From: Vezdaea acicularis
Taxonomy: Eukaryota
DNA length: 43,888 bases
Direction: 5' to 3'
Assembly (NCBI GenBank): GCA_026025075.1
Contig: JAPEUI010000127.1
Span: 1 to 43,888 of the forward strand
The stretch's first letter is position 1. The number at the start of each line of letters is the position of its first letter. A program made the position numbers and the translations under genes. Below are positions 10,763 to 22,883 of the stretch, piece by piece. The notes beneath the pieces are model-generated. The model searched no databases. It was not told the origin of the DNA and saw only the letters and a list, made by a program, of their open reading frames with translations.

Positions 10763-11909
10763 TGCTTCAATGGCATGGACTTAACTGAACCTAGTCCTCC
10801 TTGAGCTTCTCTGGCCTACAGCTGAGTTCCCGAATTGGGTTCACACGACCGATGAGGTAGCGGGATGCAATTGCTTGCTTATGTGATATGAGCTAGTTAG
10901 ATGAGAATCAAGAGAATTCTGCACCCATGGATGGATTGGACACCGTTGGCTATAAGAATTGATGTGTGACATGATTTTCTGTCCCATCGCTGTTTCATAT
11001 GTCCGTAACTACGGAATACTGTGGCTCCGCCGGCTTCACCTTTGATCGTTGGGTTGCTAGGTAGATCGATCTCATTACGTATTCAAGATCAAGCGCTCTA
11101 GCAAACCAGAAACAAAGCACCATTCAGAACAAATCGATCGTCGTCAACTTGCTCCTCCTGATGTTTCCGCCACGACCCTGGCCCAAGATGATACGGGCGG
11201 GAGCATGCGTGTTAGAATGACCCGGATTGATCCTACCCTAACACAGAGCCGAAAGTGTAAGTCATGTATCGTGAAGATGACTTGGCCACCCATCTGCGCC
11301 GAGTCGGATAGATAAAGACGTGAACATGTCAACTCGCCACGATATGTCCCACAGAAGTCAATTCTGCGTTGCGACCATGTTATACAAGCCCTCTGTCCTG
11401 GCATGAAGGTCATCCCGTGTCCCACGGATCAAAGCAGAGCACGAGACCCGGGGATGAGCACAGGCTTGGGGTGTGCCGCTCCAATACGCAGGAGCCACCT
11501 GAATCCCTATTCCTCCGCTTAGCACCAACTCCCAGTCGTTTCCAATTCTTCTTGTGTCACGAAGGATCCGGAATTGCGATGTTTATTCCCCGTACCCCAG
11601 ATTCGCGGAAGTACAATCTGGGGAAATGGTGCTAGGAGTGTGCTATTGGTGTGGTTGAGACTTGTCCTGGTGGCCGCACGGTAGTATCAGTGGTCTGACG
11701 CCATCCAAAATCGGCTTCGGGCTCCGCAAATGGCGCAACGCCAGAACTATCGTTGTTCACCGGGTTTGATCGTCAGTGAAAGGAAAGAAAATTTTCTTCG
11801 CCAGGATTCTGCTTGTTTATAGTATTGTGGCCTCCCCAGCCTCGTTGCGCACTCCGAATTTAATGGTCAACATCAATTGTTGCAGCAGCCTAGGCGCCTG
11901 CTGACCGGA

Positions 11910-14900
11910 ATGAAGTTCGCCAAGTATGACAGCATTTCCATGTACCACCAAAGTATTTATACCATTGCGCATGCTGACGTTAGTAATACAGGGAGTTGGA
12001 AAGCGAGCTCGTGCCGGAGTGGAGGGTAAAATATTTTGACTACAAGGTCGGTGCAATTGAAGCCCTCATATCGAATTGCGCTCACATTGCCCTACGCGGT
12101 AGACCGGCAAGAAGAAATTAGAGGCAGTTCGTCGAGCTCTAGACAGCGTCAACAAAAGCCCACGCACGCCGGTTAGGAGAACAGCAGACCTTTGGCACGG
12201 TATCAATCAACGAGCAACCTCGGCCAATTCTTCGCTCCAACACGCGCGGCCGCAGTCTCATTCGTTTTTGAACCGCCGAAGCGTTGGATATCACGCAGAT
12301 GCCAATCAAGACTACATACGTCGTGCTTACGACCCTTCTGGCTCTGGAAGACCAGAGACGAGCTCTAGTGATGGGGATGGAGATGGTTCAGACAACGCTT
12401 CCCAGACTCAGCCAACGGATGTAAAGGAGCAGAAACGATCAAGTCTATCCTCTTCTAAGAGCTCCCTATACTCAAAAGACGAAGATGGATCACCCACCAA
12501 TAGCAGTTTTGCTCCTACTCCTCCTGATGCTGATGTGCCCAAGCCACCTTCGTTATTGGACCTACCAGAACCTGCAGTGGACCCTGATGAAAGGTTGCCG
12601 AGGACCGGGTCTGCTGCATGGAGGAATAGTGACAATTCTGCTTCAACAGCAGGCCCTGGAACCCCTGGGGATGCTTATGAGATTGGAAAAACAAAGCGTC
12701 CGTCGTCATCTCGAGGGAGCGTCTCGTTCAAAGGCAATACAAACTTCCGACCACGACGAGCCCTGTCACCTCCGCAGGAGCCAGGGTCAAAGCCCCTCAT
12801 GCAACGAATTTTTTCGGTTGGAAATATCCATCGTAGTCGATCAGACTACAGCAGAAGAAAGCCCGATGTTCCACTCCATGCGTACCGAACATTAGATCAG
12901 CGTCAAGCAGAGTTTTTTGACTGGATGGACGGAGAGCTAGAGAAAATAGAGGATTTTTATATCGAGAAAGAGGAGGAAGCTAGCGAGAGACTGGATGAGC
13001 TCCGAAGTCAGCTACACGAGATGCGAACTCGTAGACTTGAAGAAGTCGTACAGGCTCAACGCATCAAAAGCCGTGCAAAGAAGAGCGAAGTAGATGAAGG
13101 TGCTGTTGCAGAAGCGTTTAAAAAGGGGGAAGCCACCCTTTCAAAGCATCATACCATCCCTAGTAACTGGCTCAAGCCAATTGAGAACGTCTTCGATAGC
13201 GCAAGAGGAAGGCCCGGCGCTCATTTTGGAAAAGGCACGCAAGCACTCCATGATCTTGGTTCACCTCCCGGACCACAAGCTCTGCAATATTCCAATGAGC
13301 AGCGAAGAATTGATTCTCATCGCGACTCAATGCGCCGCCCGTATCCCCATGAAGAGGTTCCCTATCGATCAGCAAAACGCAAGCTGAAATTGGCACTTCA
13401 AGAGTACTATCGAGGACTTGAGCTCCTCAAATCATACGTCTTACTTAACCGAACCGCTTTTCGAAAAATGAACAAGAAGTACGACAAGAGAATCAACCCT
13501 CGCACACAAGGGGGCTACATGGCGGAGAAAGTCAATAAGGCATACTTTGTCCACAGTGAGGTCTTAGATGGTCATCTACGTGGTGTTGAGGATCTTTACG
13601 CTAGATACTTTGAGCGCGGAAACCACAAACTCGCCGTGGGCAAGCTCCGAACTACCGTCACAAAGCCTGGGGAGTTCAATTCGAGCGTCTACCGTAACGG
13701 TGTTACTGTAGGAGCGGGCGTCGTCTTTGGCGCCCTTGGAATCGCCGATGCATGTAAAATACTGTCAACATCTCACAATCAATATAGTTCTGCCATGGTC
13801 ATCAATACGGAATATCTTCTTCAAGTATGCCTACTAATCTCATACTTTTGTAGCCGGGCTAACAGACACTAGATATATGGTGGATATTTCCTCTCGCTAT
13901 TACTAACTCTTCTATTCTGCTTGAACTGCAGATTCTGGAACGCTAATAAGATAAACTACGTTTTTATTTTCGAATTTGATACCCGAAATCATCTAGACTG
14001 GAGGCAACTCTCGGAGGTAAGCTTCATCAATGGCACCTTAGGTGTGAAATGGCTAATGACCACCTCCAGCTTCCATGCTTCCTTGTTTTCCTCGAAGGCT
14101 TTATAATATGGCTTAATTTCAGTGGACACGGATCTCCTGAAATATTCACATACTATCCCGTCATCCTCATTGGATTATCATTAGGCATCCTCTTTTTTCC
14201 GGCCAAGGTTTTGTACCACCGAAGCCGGCAGTGGTGGATATACTCCAATGTGGGAGACCCCATTTCGATGCGCATGGCTTCGCTGACTAGGGTGAATTAG
14301 GGCCGACTATTGTTGGCAGGTCTTCTTCCTGTAGAATTCAGAGATTTCTTTCTTGGCGATATGTATTGCTCGCAGACGTATAGTCTAGGAGTAAGTTTCG
14401 TCAGACCCAATAGTTTCCCCTTGCTGAATAAAGTTCTAGAACCTCGAACTCTTCTTCTGTCTATACGCCCACCGGTGGACCAACCTTGAAAGATGTAACT
14501 CCAGCAACTCCAAACTCTTTGGCTTCCTTACCACTATGCCGGCTATAATCCGAGCTTTCCAATGCTTGCGCCGTTATTACGACACGCGTAATGTGTAAGA
14601 AAATTAGCCCAAGGCCTCTTCCTTAATGCACAAGGCTAATCCATATTTTCTGTAAAGTTTCCCCCACTTAATCAACGGCGGCAAATATACCTTTACTATA
14701 CTGTACTATATGTCTCTTAGTCTTTGGCGAATAGAGAAAGCCAAAGGTCCTAATCAAGGGCTCAAAACATCGGAATACCATATTCTCTTCATTTTCTGCG
14801 CCATTGTCAACTCTATTTACTCTTGTAGGTGTTTTATTGGAAATGGCTGCACTGTGGATGCTAATTTCTGGTAGCAATTTGGGACCTAATCATGGATTGG

Positions 14901-15806
14901 AGTAAGTGGCATTGTCCACCTATAGTTTCGTATACGCTGACAAAAGCAGGTTTGGGCAACCCATATGCCAAACATCCATTTCTTAGAGATGTCTTGGGGT
15001 ATAAACGCCCCTGGATATACTACCTCGCTATGATAATCGACCCTATCTTACGATTCAATTGGATATTTTACATAATATTCGAAAATGATATACAACATTC
15101 CGCTTTTCTGAGCTTTCTAGTGGGGTTATCTGAGGTTTTCCGTCGTGGAATGTGGACGTTGTTCCGTGTAGAGGTACCTTGAAAGTTCTAATCCATTTTG
15201 ACGCGTAAAGTACTGACGCCATCATAGAACGAGCATTGCACTAAGTGAGCTGACAGCCCGGGGAAGTCGTAAGTCGCAAGTACTGATATCGCCAGTGTCG
15301 GTCGGTTCCGTGCCTCTAGAGATATCCCGCTTCCCTACACTCTCGAAGCGCCCTCGACGTCCACGGTGGATACTATCAGACCTAATGCTTGGCAGTCAGA
15401 AGGGGCTGCATCCCCTTCAAATCGTCCGGATAAGGCTGTGACCCGCCCATCACAACAAGACACAGAAGATCCGTTAGGCGTAGACTTGGAATATCAACCA
15501 ACTAATATTTCTGGTCATACAAGTGCATCGCTACGAGCACGCCACCCCCGAACGCCCGAGAGGCTAGGAATTCAGCGTAGCTTCTCCCGCGTAGGTACCA
15601 TACTTTCGCAGGCTCATGCTCAAGACTTTGAGAGAAAACGAAAACCAGAAGGGGGCGATGCAGCCACGCATGAGGAGGAAGAAGAGCATTCGTCGAGTGA
15701 CGAAGGGGAGGATGAACCGGATGAAGATAACGAAAACGACGTGCTTGAGGCAGAAAGGATAATCGAAAGCCGCCGACGAGAGAGGGCTCACTCTGGAAGA
15801 CTGTAA
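11910..15806 (+). CDS. SYG1: SPX-EXS domain protein, SYG1/XPR1/PHO1 family (putative phosphate exporter); 12 exons
   Basis: SPX: MKFAKELESELVPEWRVKYFDYK and [86 protein letters not shown]. Introns 11924-11991, 12047-12102, 13825-13872, 14017-14069, 14250-14300, 14391-14439, 14595-14657, 14825-14874, 14902-14949, 15174-15227, 15245-15295. Confidence 0.93.
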
Positions 15807-16143
15807 GAGAACGCTCATAGTCGTCCAGTTTGGCAAGAAGAAAGCATGTGCGCGTTTGCTCTGATTGCGGGCGTTGGATGCCATATATGATGCAATCTAC
15901 GCATATCTGGGATAAAAGTATAAACCTGCACTTCAGCTCTAGTCATCGCACCGTACAAGATATACGGTGGCACGATAGAGCTAAACGCGCGGAACTAAAC
16001 ATTCTAAAGCTGCCTTGAGGATACTAGCCATGCTTAGAACTTTGCAAATTAAGTGACGTTCGCTCCCCTATTGTACGCAGAATTCGTCAAGTCATAATTA
16101 CCCGTGCAATACAAACCATCTAGACTCTCGAAAATACTCCATA

Positions 16144-17178
16144 ATGCCCGTCGAGGTAATCCATAAGGCACCCGATGCCGAATCATTCACCCCACTCTCT
16201 CAGCACCAATCGCAAACACCTGAATCTTTCTTCGACGGCAAGCCAGTGCTACACTATCACACCGCAGGCGCCGTAGCCGTCATCCCCGAAGACCAAACCA
16301 ATCTCCTACCCGTATTTCACCATGGCGCATCAGCGGGTGACCTCGCTCCAGTGCCCGCCACTTCCCCAGCAGTCAACGGCCAGACCGAAACCGACAATGA
16401 TGGCAACAGCACGCCCCGCGAGATCGAAGTCGGTAGCATTGAGATATGGGTTACCTCAGAGTACGTACACATACCTCCCGCGGCTCTACAGATACTGATA
16501 TGTTGCAGACGCCTCATATTCTACCGCGCTTCAACCGCCACCGGCGCCACAATCCCCTACCCCTCCATAAACCTACACGCCATCCAACAACTCTCTCTCC
16601 CCTCCACCACCTCTCCGTCTCCCTCAAACACGGTATCAGGCCTCTACATGCAAATATCCACCCACGCCACCAGCGCCGACGCCTACGATGACGAGGCCGT
16701 GCTAGAAGTGACATTCGTCCCATCGCCTAGCCCCTCCACCGCTGCCACAGTCGCCGAACACGTTCCCGCACACGAGCATCCGCCGTCTTCTTCTTCTTCA
16801 TCCGCTAGCGCAAATGAAGTACAAGCCCTCTTCACCGCCCTCTCCACCTGCTCGAACCTACACCCCGACCCGCCCGACCCGGACGCCTCGGACCTAGGTG
16901 ACGAGAACGAGGATTCGATCGTCTTCGAAGGCAGCGTGGGCTATGAGTCCGGGCTTGTGATACCGGGGAATAATAGTGGAGACGGAGGGCTGCCACCGCC
17001 GTTTCCGGGGAGTGGGGGTTGGATCACGGCGGAGAATGTGGGGGAACACTTTGATGAGGAGGGGAACTGGAGAGGGGGGTTGGGGCCGGAGGCTGGAGCG
17101 GGCACGACTAGGGGGAGGGAGGAAGAAGATGGGGAGGGTGAGGGAGGAGAGGAAACGAAGTGGAGGCGGACGGAGTGA
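16144..17178 (+). CDS. LOT5: LOT5/pICln-like (Voldacs domain) protein; probable in-frame intron 16461-16508
   Basis: FTPLSQHQSQTPESFFDGKPVLHY, IPYPSINLHAIQ, LFTALSTCSNLHPDP, GLPPPFPGSGGWITAENV and an acidic C-terminus ending ETKWRRTE. Confidence 0.85.
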   Translation: MPVEVIHKAPDAESFTPLSQHQSQTPESFFDGKPVLHYHTAGAVAVIPEDQTNLLPVFHHGASAGDLAPVPATSPAVNGQTETDNDGNSTPREIEVGSIEIWVTSEYVHIPPAALQILICCRRLIFYRASTATGATIPYPSINLHAIQQLSLPSTTSPSPSNTVSGLYMQISTHATSADAYDDEAVLEVTFVPSPSPSTAATVAEHVPAHEHPPSSSSSSASANEVQALFTALSTCSNLHPDPPDPDASDLGDENEDSIVFEGSVGYESGLVIPGNNSGDGGLPPPFPGSGGWITAENVGEHFDEEGNWRGGLGPEAGAGTTRGREEEDGEGEGGEETKWRRTE

Positions 17179-18224
17179 GGGAGAAGTTAGGTTATATGGT
17201 TCGTCAATGGATGAAAGTGTCATCTTAAAAGGACCAGATTAATCTATGCGTGTAATTGGTGCCGAATGGTCGACATTCCGGATCTTCACAACATTGTATG
17301 AATGGAGGCGGTTGCATTTGATATCGCCCTGCTAATATCGCTGTTCCTGCTTGACTTCCCCCCTCCGTCAACACTGGTGAGTTCCTCCTCCCCCTCCTCC
17401 CGAGGGAGACATCCTAGGTATCACCATCCTCCAGAAATTCTCAGTTTATCTGGAGATCTCCAACAGCAAGCCAGAACCTTCTGCCTATCTCGAAAATTCT
17501 GCAAATCGACTTATTTTGTGACTCAATCAGCGATATCATTTGAGCAATGCTCTCATATAAGCCTCCTTCGCCGCAACGATACCCGCCTTGAAAGAGCAAC
17601 CTTCGGAAGAGGCGCTTCCTTTGAGGTAAGCCCAATGACAGTTTCCCGGCACGTATGCCCAAGTAGTCATCGCCTTGATCCTCTGGTGTCTTATCGTAAG
17701 CGCTAGCACTTGCGTTCTCCAGTGGCATCGGAATCTCCTTTTACTAGAATCAGTTCTGTAATACAAATCGTATGGTAATGCAGTGCATCGTGACGAACCT
17801 TGTCAGGCTCTAGCCAATACCTTTTTCTGTACACGTATGTGTACCATGATTATGACGGCCCCACTTGACTAACTGCAAGGCTTAAGTTGCTTCCTGGATG
17901 TTGAATTGTTTGAACCAGGCTGCTTCCTACCTCACCATTGTTTTGGGGGCTATCCTGACTCAGTGAGATCTCTGCAGGGTCGTATCTACCGTGACACTGA
18001 ATTGGAGAAATTATCCATGTTGAGCTCCAAGCCTGAACGTTGGGAATTTGGTGCGAGCTGGGGATAGACTTATCAACGATTGATCTTCTACAGCCTGTAG
18101 AGTGGGGGCGGTTGTAAGGCTAGGAAAGTCAGACATTGTTCTGGGCTCGGGGCTCGGGGCTTGTCGTAGTTTGTCGGAGGCTCGTCGTAGGTTGTCAGGT
18201 TAGCAGAATTGTAGGACTTCAAGA

Positions 18225-18834
18225 TTATGACCGAAGTCCCAAGCCGCCGAACGCCCTATCAAGCTCCTCTCCTTCTCCTGTCTTGTCCTCATTTTCTCTT
18301 GCCTCGTTGCCTTTCAAGCTTTGTCCCAAGCCTTGCATCTCACTCCCAGCGCTAGGACCTCCCTCTCTCCGTACCGGTTCTAATATCCTCTCCTGAGCAT
18401 CCAACCATCCTGGGGCAATCCTCCTCTTTTCAGCCAGCTCCCTCTGCCGAATGCTCTCCTCCCACTCCCTTAGTACCCTTTCCGACTCGTCTTGCATGTC
18501 TTGTAGCTGCTGCTGTAGGGCACGGCAAGAGGCGATGATCTCATCCGGATGTGCTGCATGGCCAGAGGTCGAGAGAACATATGCTGGCTTCTCAGGTGAC
18601 TGAATGGTGGCGGAAGGTGAATTGGGGGTTTTGTTTGAGGAAGGTGGTTGTGTGGAAGAGGGAGGCAGGGTTGAAGGAAGCGGCTTATATGTGTAGGGAA
18701 GGGTCGTGGCCGTTGGGAGGGTCACGAACGGAGAGACTGTGAGGGGAATTTGTGCAAGGAGTGGATGAGAGCCTGTTTGAATGCTTAATGAGAGGCACAT
18801 CGAGGAGAAGGGGAGACTTACGGTTGTCGTTCAT
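18225..18834 (-). CDS. Hypothetical protein, Pro/Ser/Thr-rich N-half plus coiled coil; exons 18834-18822 and 18772-18225
   Basis: ATG AAC GAC AAC C|GTAAGT..CAG|GC gives MNDNRSHPLLAQIPLTVSPFVTLPTATTLPYTYK..RELAEKRRIAPGWLD..EELDRAFGGL. Intron 18773-18821. Confidence 0.78.
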
Positions 18835-19715
18835 GGTAGTGGTGAGAAGAAGACAGGTTTCAAGAAATGTTGCAATGCGTAGGCTACGGGTTGATCTCAA
18901 AGTGAAAGCTCCAAAAGAAAGTTTATGTCAATTCAAGACAACCCTTTATTAATACCATTCCAAAGTTGAGAGACCCTTTATTCCGGTTGGCTGTAGAAAT
19001 AAAGAATGAATTGAGCGTGGTTGGGAAATTGAGTCGCTTCGTTTGGCCAACCGTCGCCCTCCGAGGTTACCCCGGAGTGCTGGCCGATGCCCCGCACTAG
19101 GCCAGAGGCCAGTCCCTGAGGCGCCGAGACATCTCCAGCCGCACGGCAAGGAAGCTCCGACAGATGTTCGCCTGAGGCATCAAATGATGCTATGAATACT
19201 CCAATGGATACCTGAGGCGGGAAGAATGTATTTTAGGATCTGGAGGATGCCTTAGGTATATTTAAGCCTATATCTCCTGATAAGATTTGGAAAATCTACC
19301 GTCCAGCCCGCTGCTTTTTGGGTGATTAGTCGCAGCTTTTGTGGGGGCAGGCGATACCCTAGACTACCAAACCGGACGGGACTTGGTACTTTATTACTGC
19401 CCCTCTCCCGATTGACTTTCATACGCGATTCTCCTTCAGCCCTACGAACCAAACTCCAGCCACTCTCTTGGCTCTCCCCTTCCAACATAACGAAGTCATT
19501 GTCGTTACTGTTGAAGATCTGATAGCGTGCAGACTGAGCAGTGAAGAGTAGAGGTGAAAGCTCGTTGTCGCAGATCGCGGAATCACCGAGCTCGCGCGTG
19601 ATCATACGTTTGCCACGCAGATTGGTTGTGTGCATTGGCACGTTCCTTCCCTTTACATAGTTACATCGAACTTGACAGTATCCCCCACTTGCTTGATTCA
19701 CGACCCGCTACGATC

Positions 19716-21591
19716 ATGGCTACTAATTCAACGGAGGACGGACCGGATCGTCTTCTCAAGGCCGTTCAGGAAGCGCAGAAGCGGCAAATGCCCGAAATCG
19801 ATTTCTCTTTGCATACCATGGAAGACGGGACAACAGTGAGCACTACGGAGAGAGTTTGTAAAGGTGAAGATATATCAGATGCATCTGTCCTCTGAGAATC
19901 CGTAGAACTGACGACCTTGCTCTCAGACGTCCAGGCGCCGGCTTTCAAGACTCCTACGGATCAGCAATTCTTCTCACCGGAGAATAGTTCCAAACCAAAC
20001 CTCAAATTCCTTAAACATCACTTTTATCGTGAGGGTCGTCTTACTGAAGAGCAGGCGTTATGGATAATAAAAGAGGGTACCAAAGTCCTGACCGCCGAAC
20101 CCAATCTGCTGGAGATGGATGCGCCTATCACCGTTTGCGGAGATGTCCATGGACAATATTTTGATCTCATGAAGCTTTTTGAGGTTGGCGGGGATCCAGC
20201 CGAAACAAGGTATCTTTTCTTGGGTGATTACGTCGACCGTGGTTATTTCAGCATTGAGGTATGAACGAGAGCTAAAGCAAGAGCTTATATATTTTCGCTG
20301 ACGTGCTTCTAGTGTGTCTTGTATCTTTGGTCCTTAAAGATCTGGTATCCTAATACTCTGTGGCTCCTTCGAGGTAATCACGAGTGTAGACATCTGACGG
20401 ACTACTTTACCTTCAAGCTTGAATGCAAGCATAAGTACTCGGAGAAAATATATGATGCCTGTATGGAATCATTCTGTGCCCTTCCTCTTGCCGCTGTTAT
20501 GAATAAACAGTTCCTCTGCATCCATGGCGGGCTGAGCCCAGAATTACACACTCTTGAAGATTTGAGGACTGTATGTTTTTTTCTCCTGTTCACCATACCA
20601 CCATCACTAACGATGCTGCGAAGATCGATCGATTCAGAGAGCCACCCACTCATGGCTTGATGTGTGATATTCTTTGGGCAGACCCGCTCGAAGAATTCGG
20701 ACAGGAGAAGACGTCAGAATACTTCGTCCACAATCACGTCCGAGGCTGTTCATATTTCTTTTCTTACCCCGCTGCGTGCAACTTTCTGGAGAAGAACAAC
20801 TTACTATCAGTAATTCGCGCTCATGAGGCTCAGGACGCCGGATATCGCATGTATCGAAAGACAAAGGCGACCGGTTTTCCAAGTGTCATGACGATTTTTA
20901 GTGCGCCAAATTATCTGGACGTCTACAATAATAAGGCTGCCGTCTTGAAATATGAGAATAATGTTATGAATATCCGACAGTTCAATTGTACTCCTCACCC
21001 TTACTGGCTGCCTAATTTTATGGACGTTTTTACCTGGTCACTACCTTTTGTAGGCGAAAAAATTACGGATATGTTGATTGCGATCCTCAATACTTGCTCT
21101 AAGGAAGAGCTTGCAGCAGGAGATGACGAGACTCCTCCGACAGTAGGACCCGTATCTCCATCCTCCGTCGACCCTAATGCTGCTGAGGCCAGGCGTCGCG
21201 CAATCAAGAACAAGATTCTTGCCATTGGTCGTCTATCTCGAGTCTTCCAGGTTCTGCGTGAAGAATCAGAGCGTGTCACGGAGCTGAAAACAGCTTCTGG
21301 GGGGCGTTTGCCCGCTGGCACGCTGATGTTGGGAGCGGAGGGTATCAAACAGGCGATCACGAACTTTGAAGATGCACGCAAGGTTGATATACAGAATGAA
21401 AGATTACCCCCTTCGCACGAGGAGGTCGCAAAGAAGAACAAGAATCACCGGACGCAAGCACTAGAAAGAGCTAGTAAGGAAGCCGATAGGGACGAGGGTT
21501 TGGCGCAAGTGGCGAGGAGAATAAGCATGTAAGTCCACTATTACCATGTAAGCCAAACTCAAAAACTAATCACCTTCGTAGGGAGAAATGA
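19716..21591 (+). CDS. cnaA: Calcineurin (PP2B) catalytic subunit A; 5 exons
   Basis: PPP motifs GDVHGQ, GDYVDRG, LRGNHE, SAPNYLD. CnB-binding helix [15 protein letters not shown], calmodulin-binding [15 protein letters not shown], autoinhibitory [16 protein letters not shown]. Introns 19864-19926, 20259-20312, 20571-20623, 21529-21581. Confidence 0.97.
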
Positions 21592-21996
21592 TCGGCTTGA
21601 CTTCTTGAACGACGGCTCAATCAACTTGTACATGTCAAGGGGCGCTTTTGACGCATAAGGCATCTCTATAGATTGCAGAACCTGCTCAGGACGGATCTCA
21701 TATGTTCTTAGGACTAAGGTGATAAATTTGATTTTTCACCGCCGCAAGCTTCAGGGCTTGCGCCTGGATGACTTAAGGAAATTATGATGTATTGGCACTA
21801 GTCTTATGATTGGAACATCCTTCTAGGTGGATAATTAATAAATCGAAGCTGGCCTCGATGCTTACATTGATGATCTTGCTCATGAGGCCGTACAAGTATA
21901 CGTAATTGAATGAGTCCTTGTGCAGTATGTGTGGCTTCTCGTCCCACCCTTGAACTACCTCCATTCTCAATCAGATCAGGGTTCTGATATGCCTAT

Positions 21997-22883
21997 CTAA
22001 CATACATTCTCCACCTTCAACTCCCCTTCACTCCTCGGCCCCACATCAAGCTTCAGCGTCCTCTCAAACAGCTCGATCATCATCTCCCAACACACCCTAC
22101 TAAGCGCGGGATCATAGCGCCCTTTACTCAGCTCATCCCTAATGAACGCATGCTGCGCCCACGCCGGCTCATAAAAGCTATTCACCACGCCCTTCTCATT
22201 CAGCGTCCTCCTGATCAAATCCCGGCCCTCGGCCGGAACATGATTATCCAACTTCCCAAAGATCATCACTAGCTCCGCCTTGATCTCCCCCGCCCTCTCC
22301 AACGAATCGTCTCCGCCCTTTCCGAGCGTCTTCGAGTGGATGTCTGTGGCGAAATAACATACTGCTGCAAGCGCTCTGGAGTCTAGTGCACAGCGGAAGG
22401 CAAGATGCCCGCCGAGACACATCCCCGTTGTTCCGATCCTGCCCGTGCACGTCTTCATGCCTAGTAGCGTATCCACGCATAACTTCGCGTCTTCGTCGTA
22501 TGCCTTGACCTCCTTCTTGACTTTCCACTCATTCCCCATATCCGTCCCGGGTCCATCGTAAGCAAGCGGCTCGGGGCCGGTGAACTCATGGTATGAGGAC
22601 GGGGCGGCGACGATGTAGCCCTGCGAGGCGATCTGGCGCGCGAACCGCGAGACGGGGCCGGTCACTTGGTAGATCTCGGAGAAAAGTACGACCCCCGGGA
22701 AGCGCGCAGAAGGGTAGTGCGGGAGGGTGGGATAGAAGAGGAAGATTCCTGGAGGGGTAAGCGGGAGGTATAGCGGGGTGCATGGTTTCTGTTTGTGAGG
22801 TGGGGGGGAGGGGGGGAAGTACGCATCGTAGATGGCCCGCTGGCCGTGGTGGGTACATCAACATGGGATTCTTTGATGAGCAT
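21997..22883 (-). CDS. Dienelactone hydrolase family protein; exons 22883-22823 and 22748-21997
   Basis: MLIKESHVDVPT..MR|IFLFYP..FPGVVLFSEIYQVTGPV, nucleophile motif GMCLGG, DNHVP and AQHAFIRDE. Intron 22749-22822. Confidence 0.92.

Noticed and set aside
15795..15806. SYG1 C-terminal GRL as a peroxisomal PTS1
   Set aside because: Weak variant on a polytopic membrane protein. I also saw no TGA-CTA readthrough context at the stops I checked.
18141..18200. Short GGGCTCG and GTCGTAG repeats
   Set aside because: Degenerate low-complexity 3'-UTR sequence without spacer structure; not CRISPR or a transposon end.
22799..22816. G7-A-G7 run as a G-quadruplex element
   Set aside because: Lies in an intron within a G-skewed island; no independent support.
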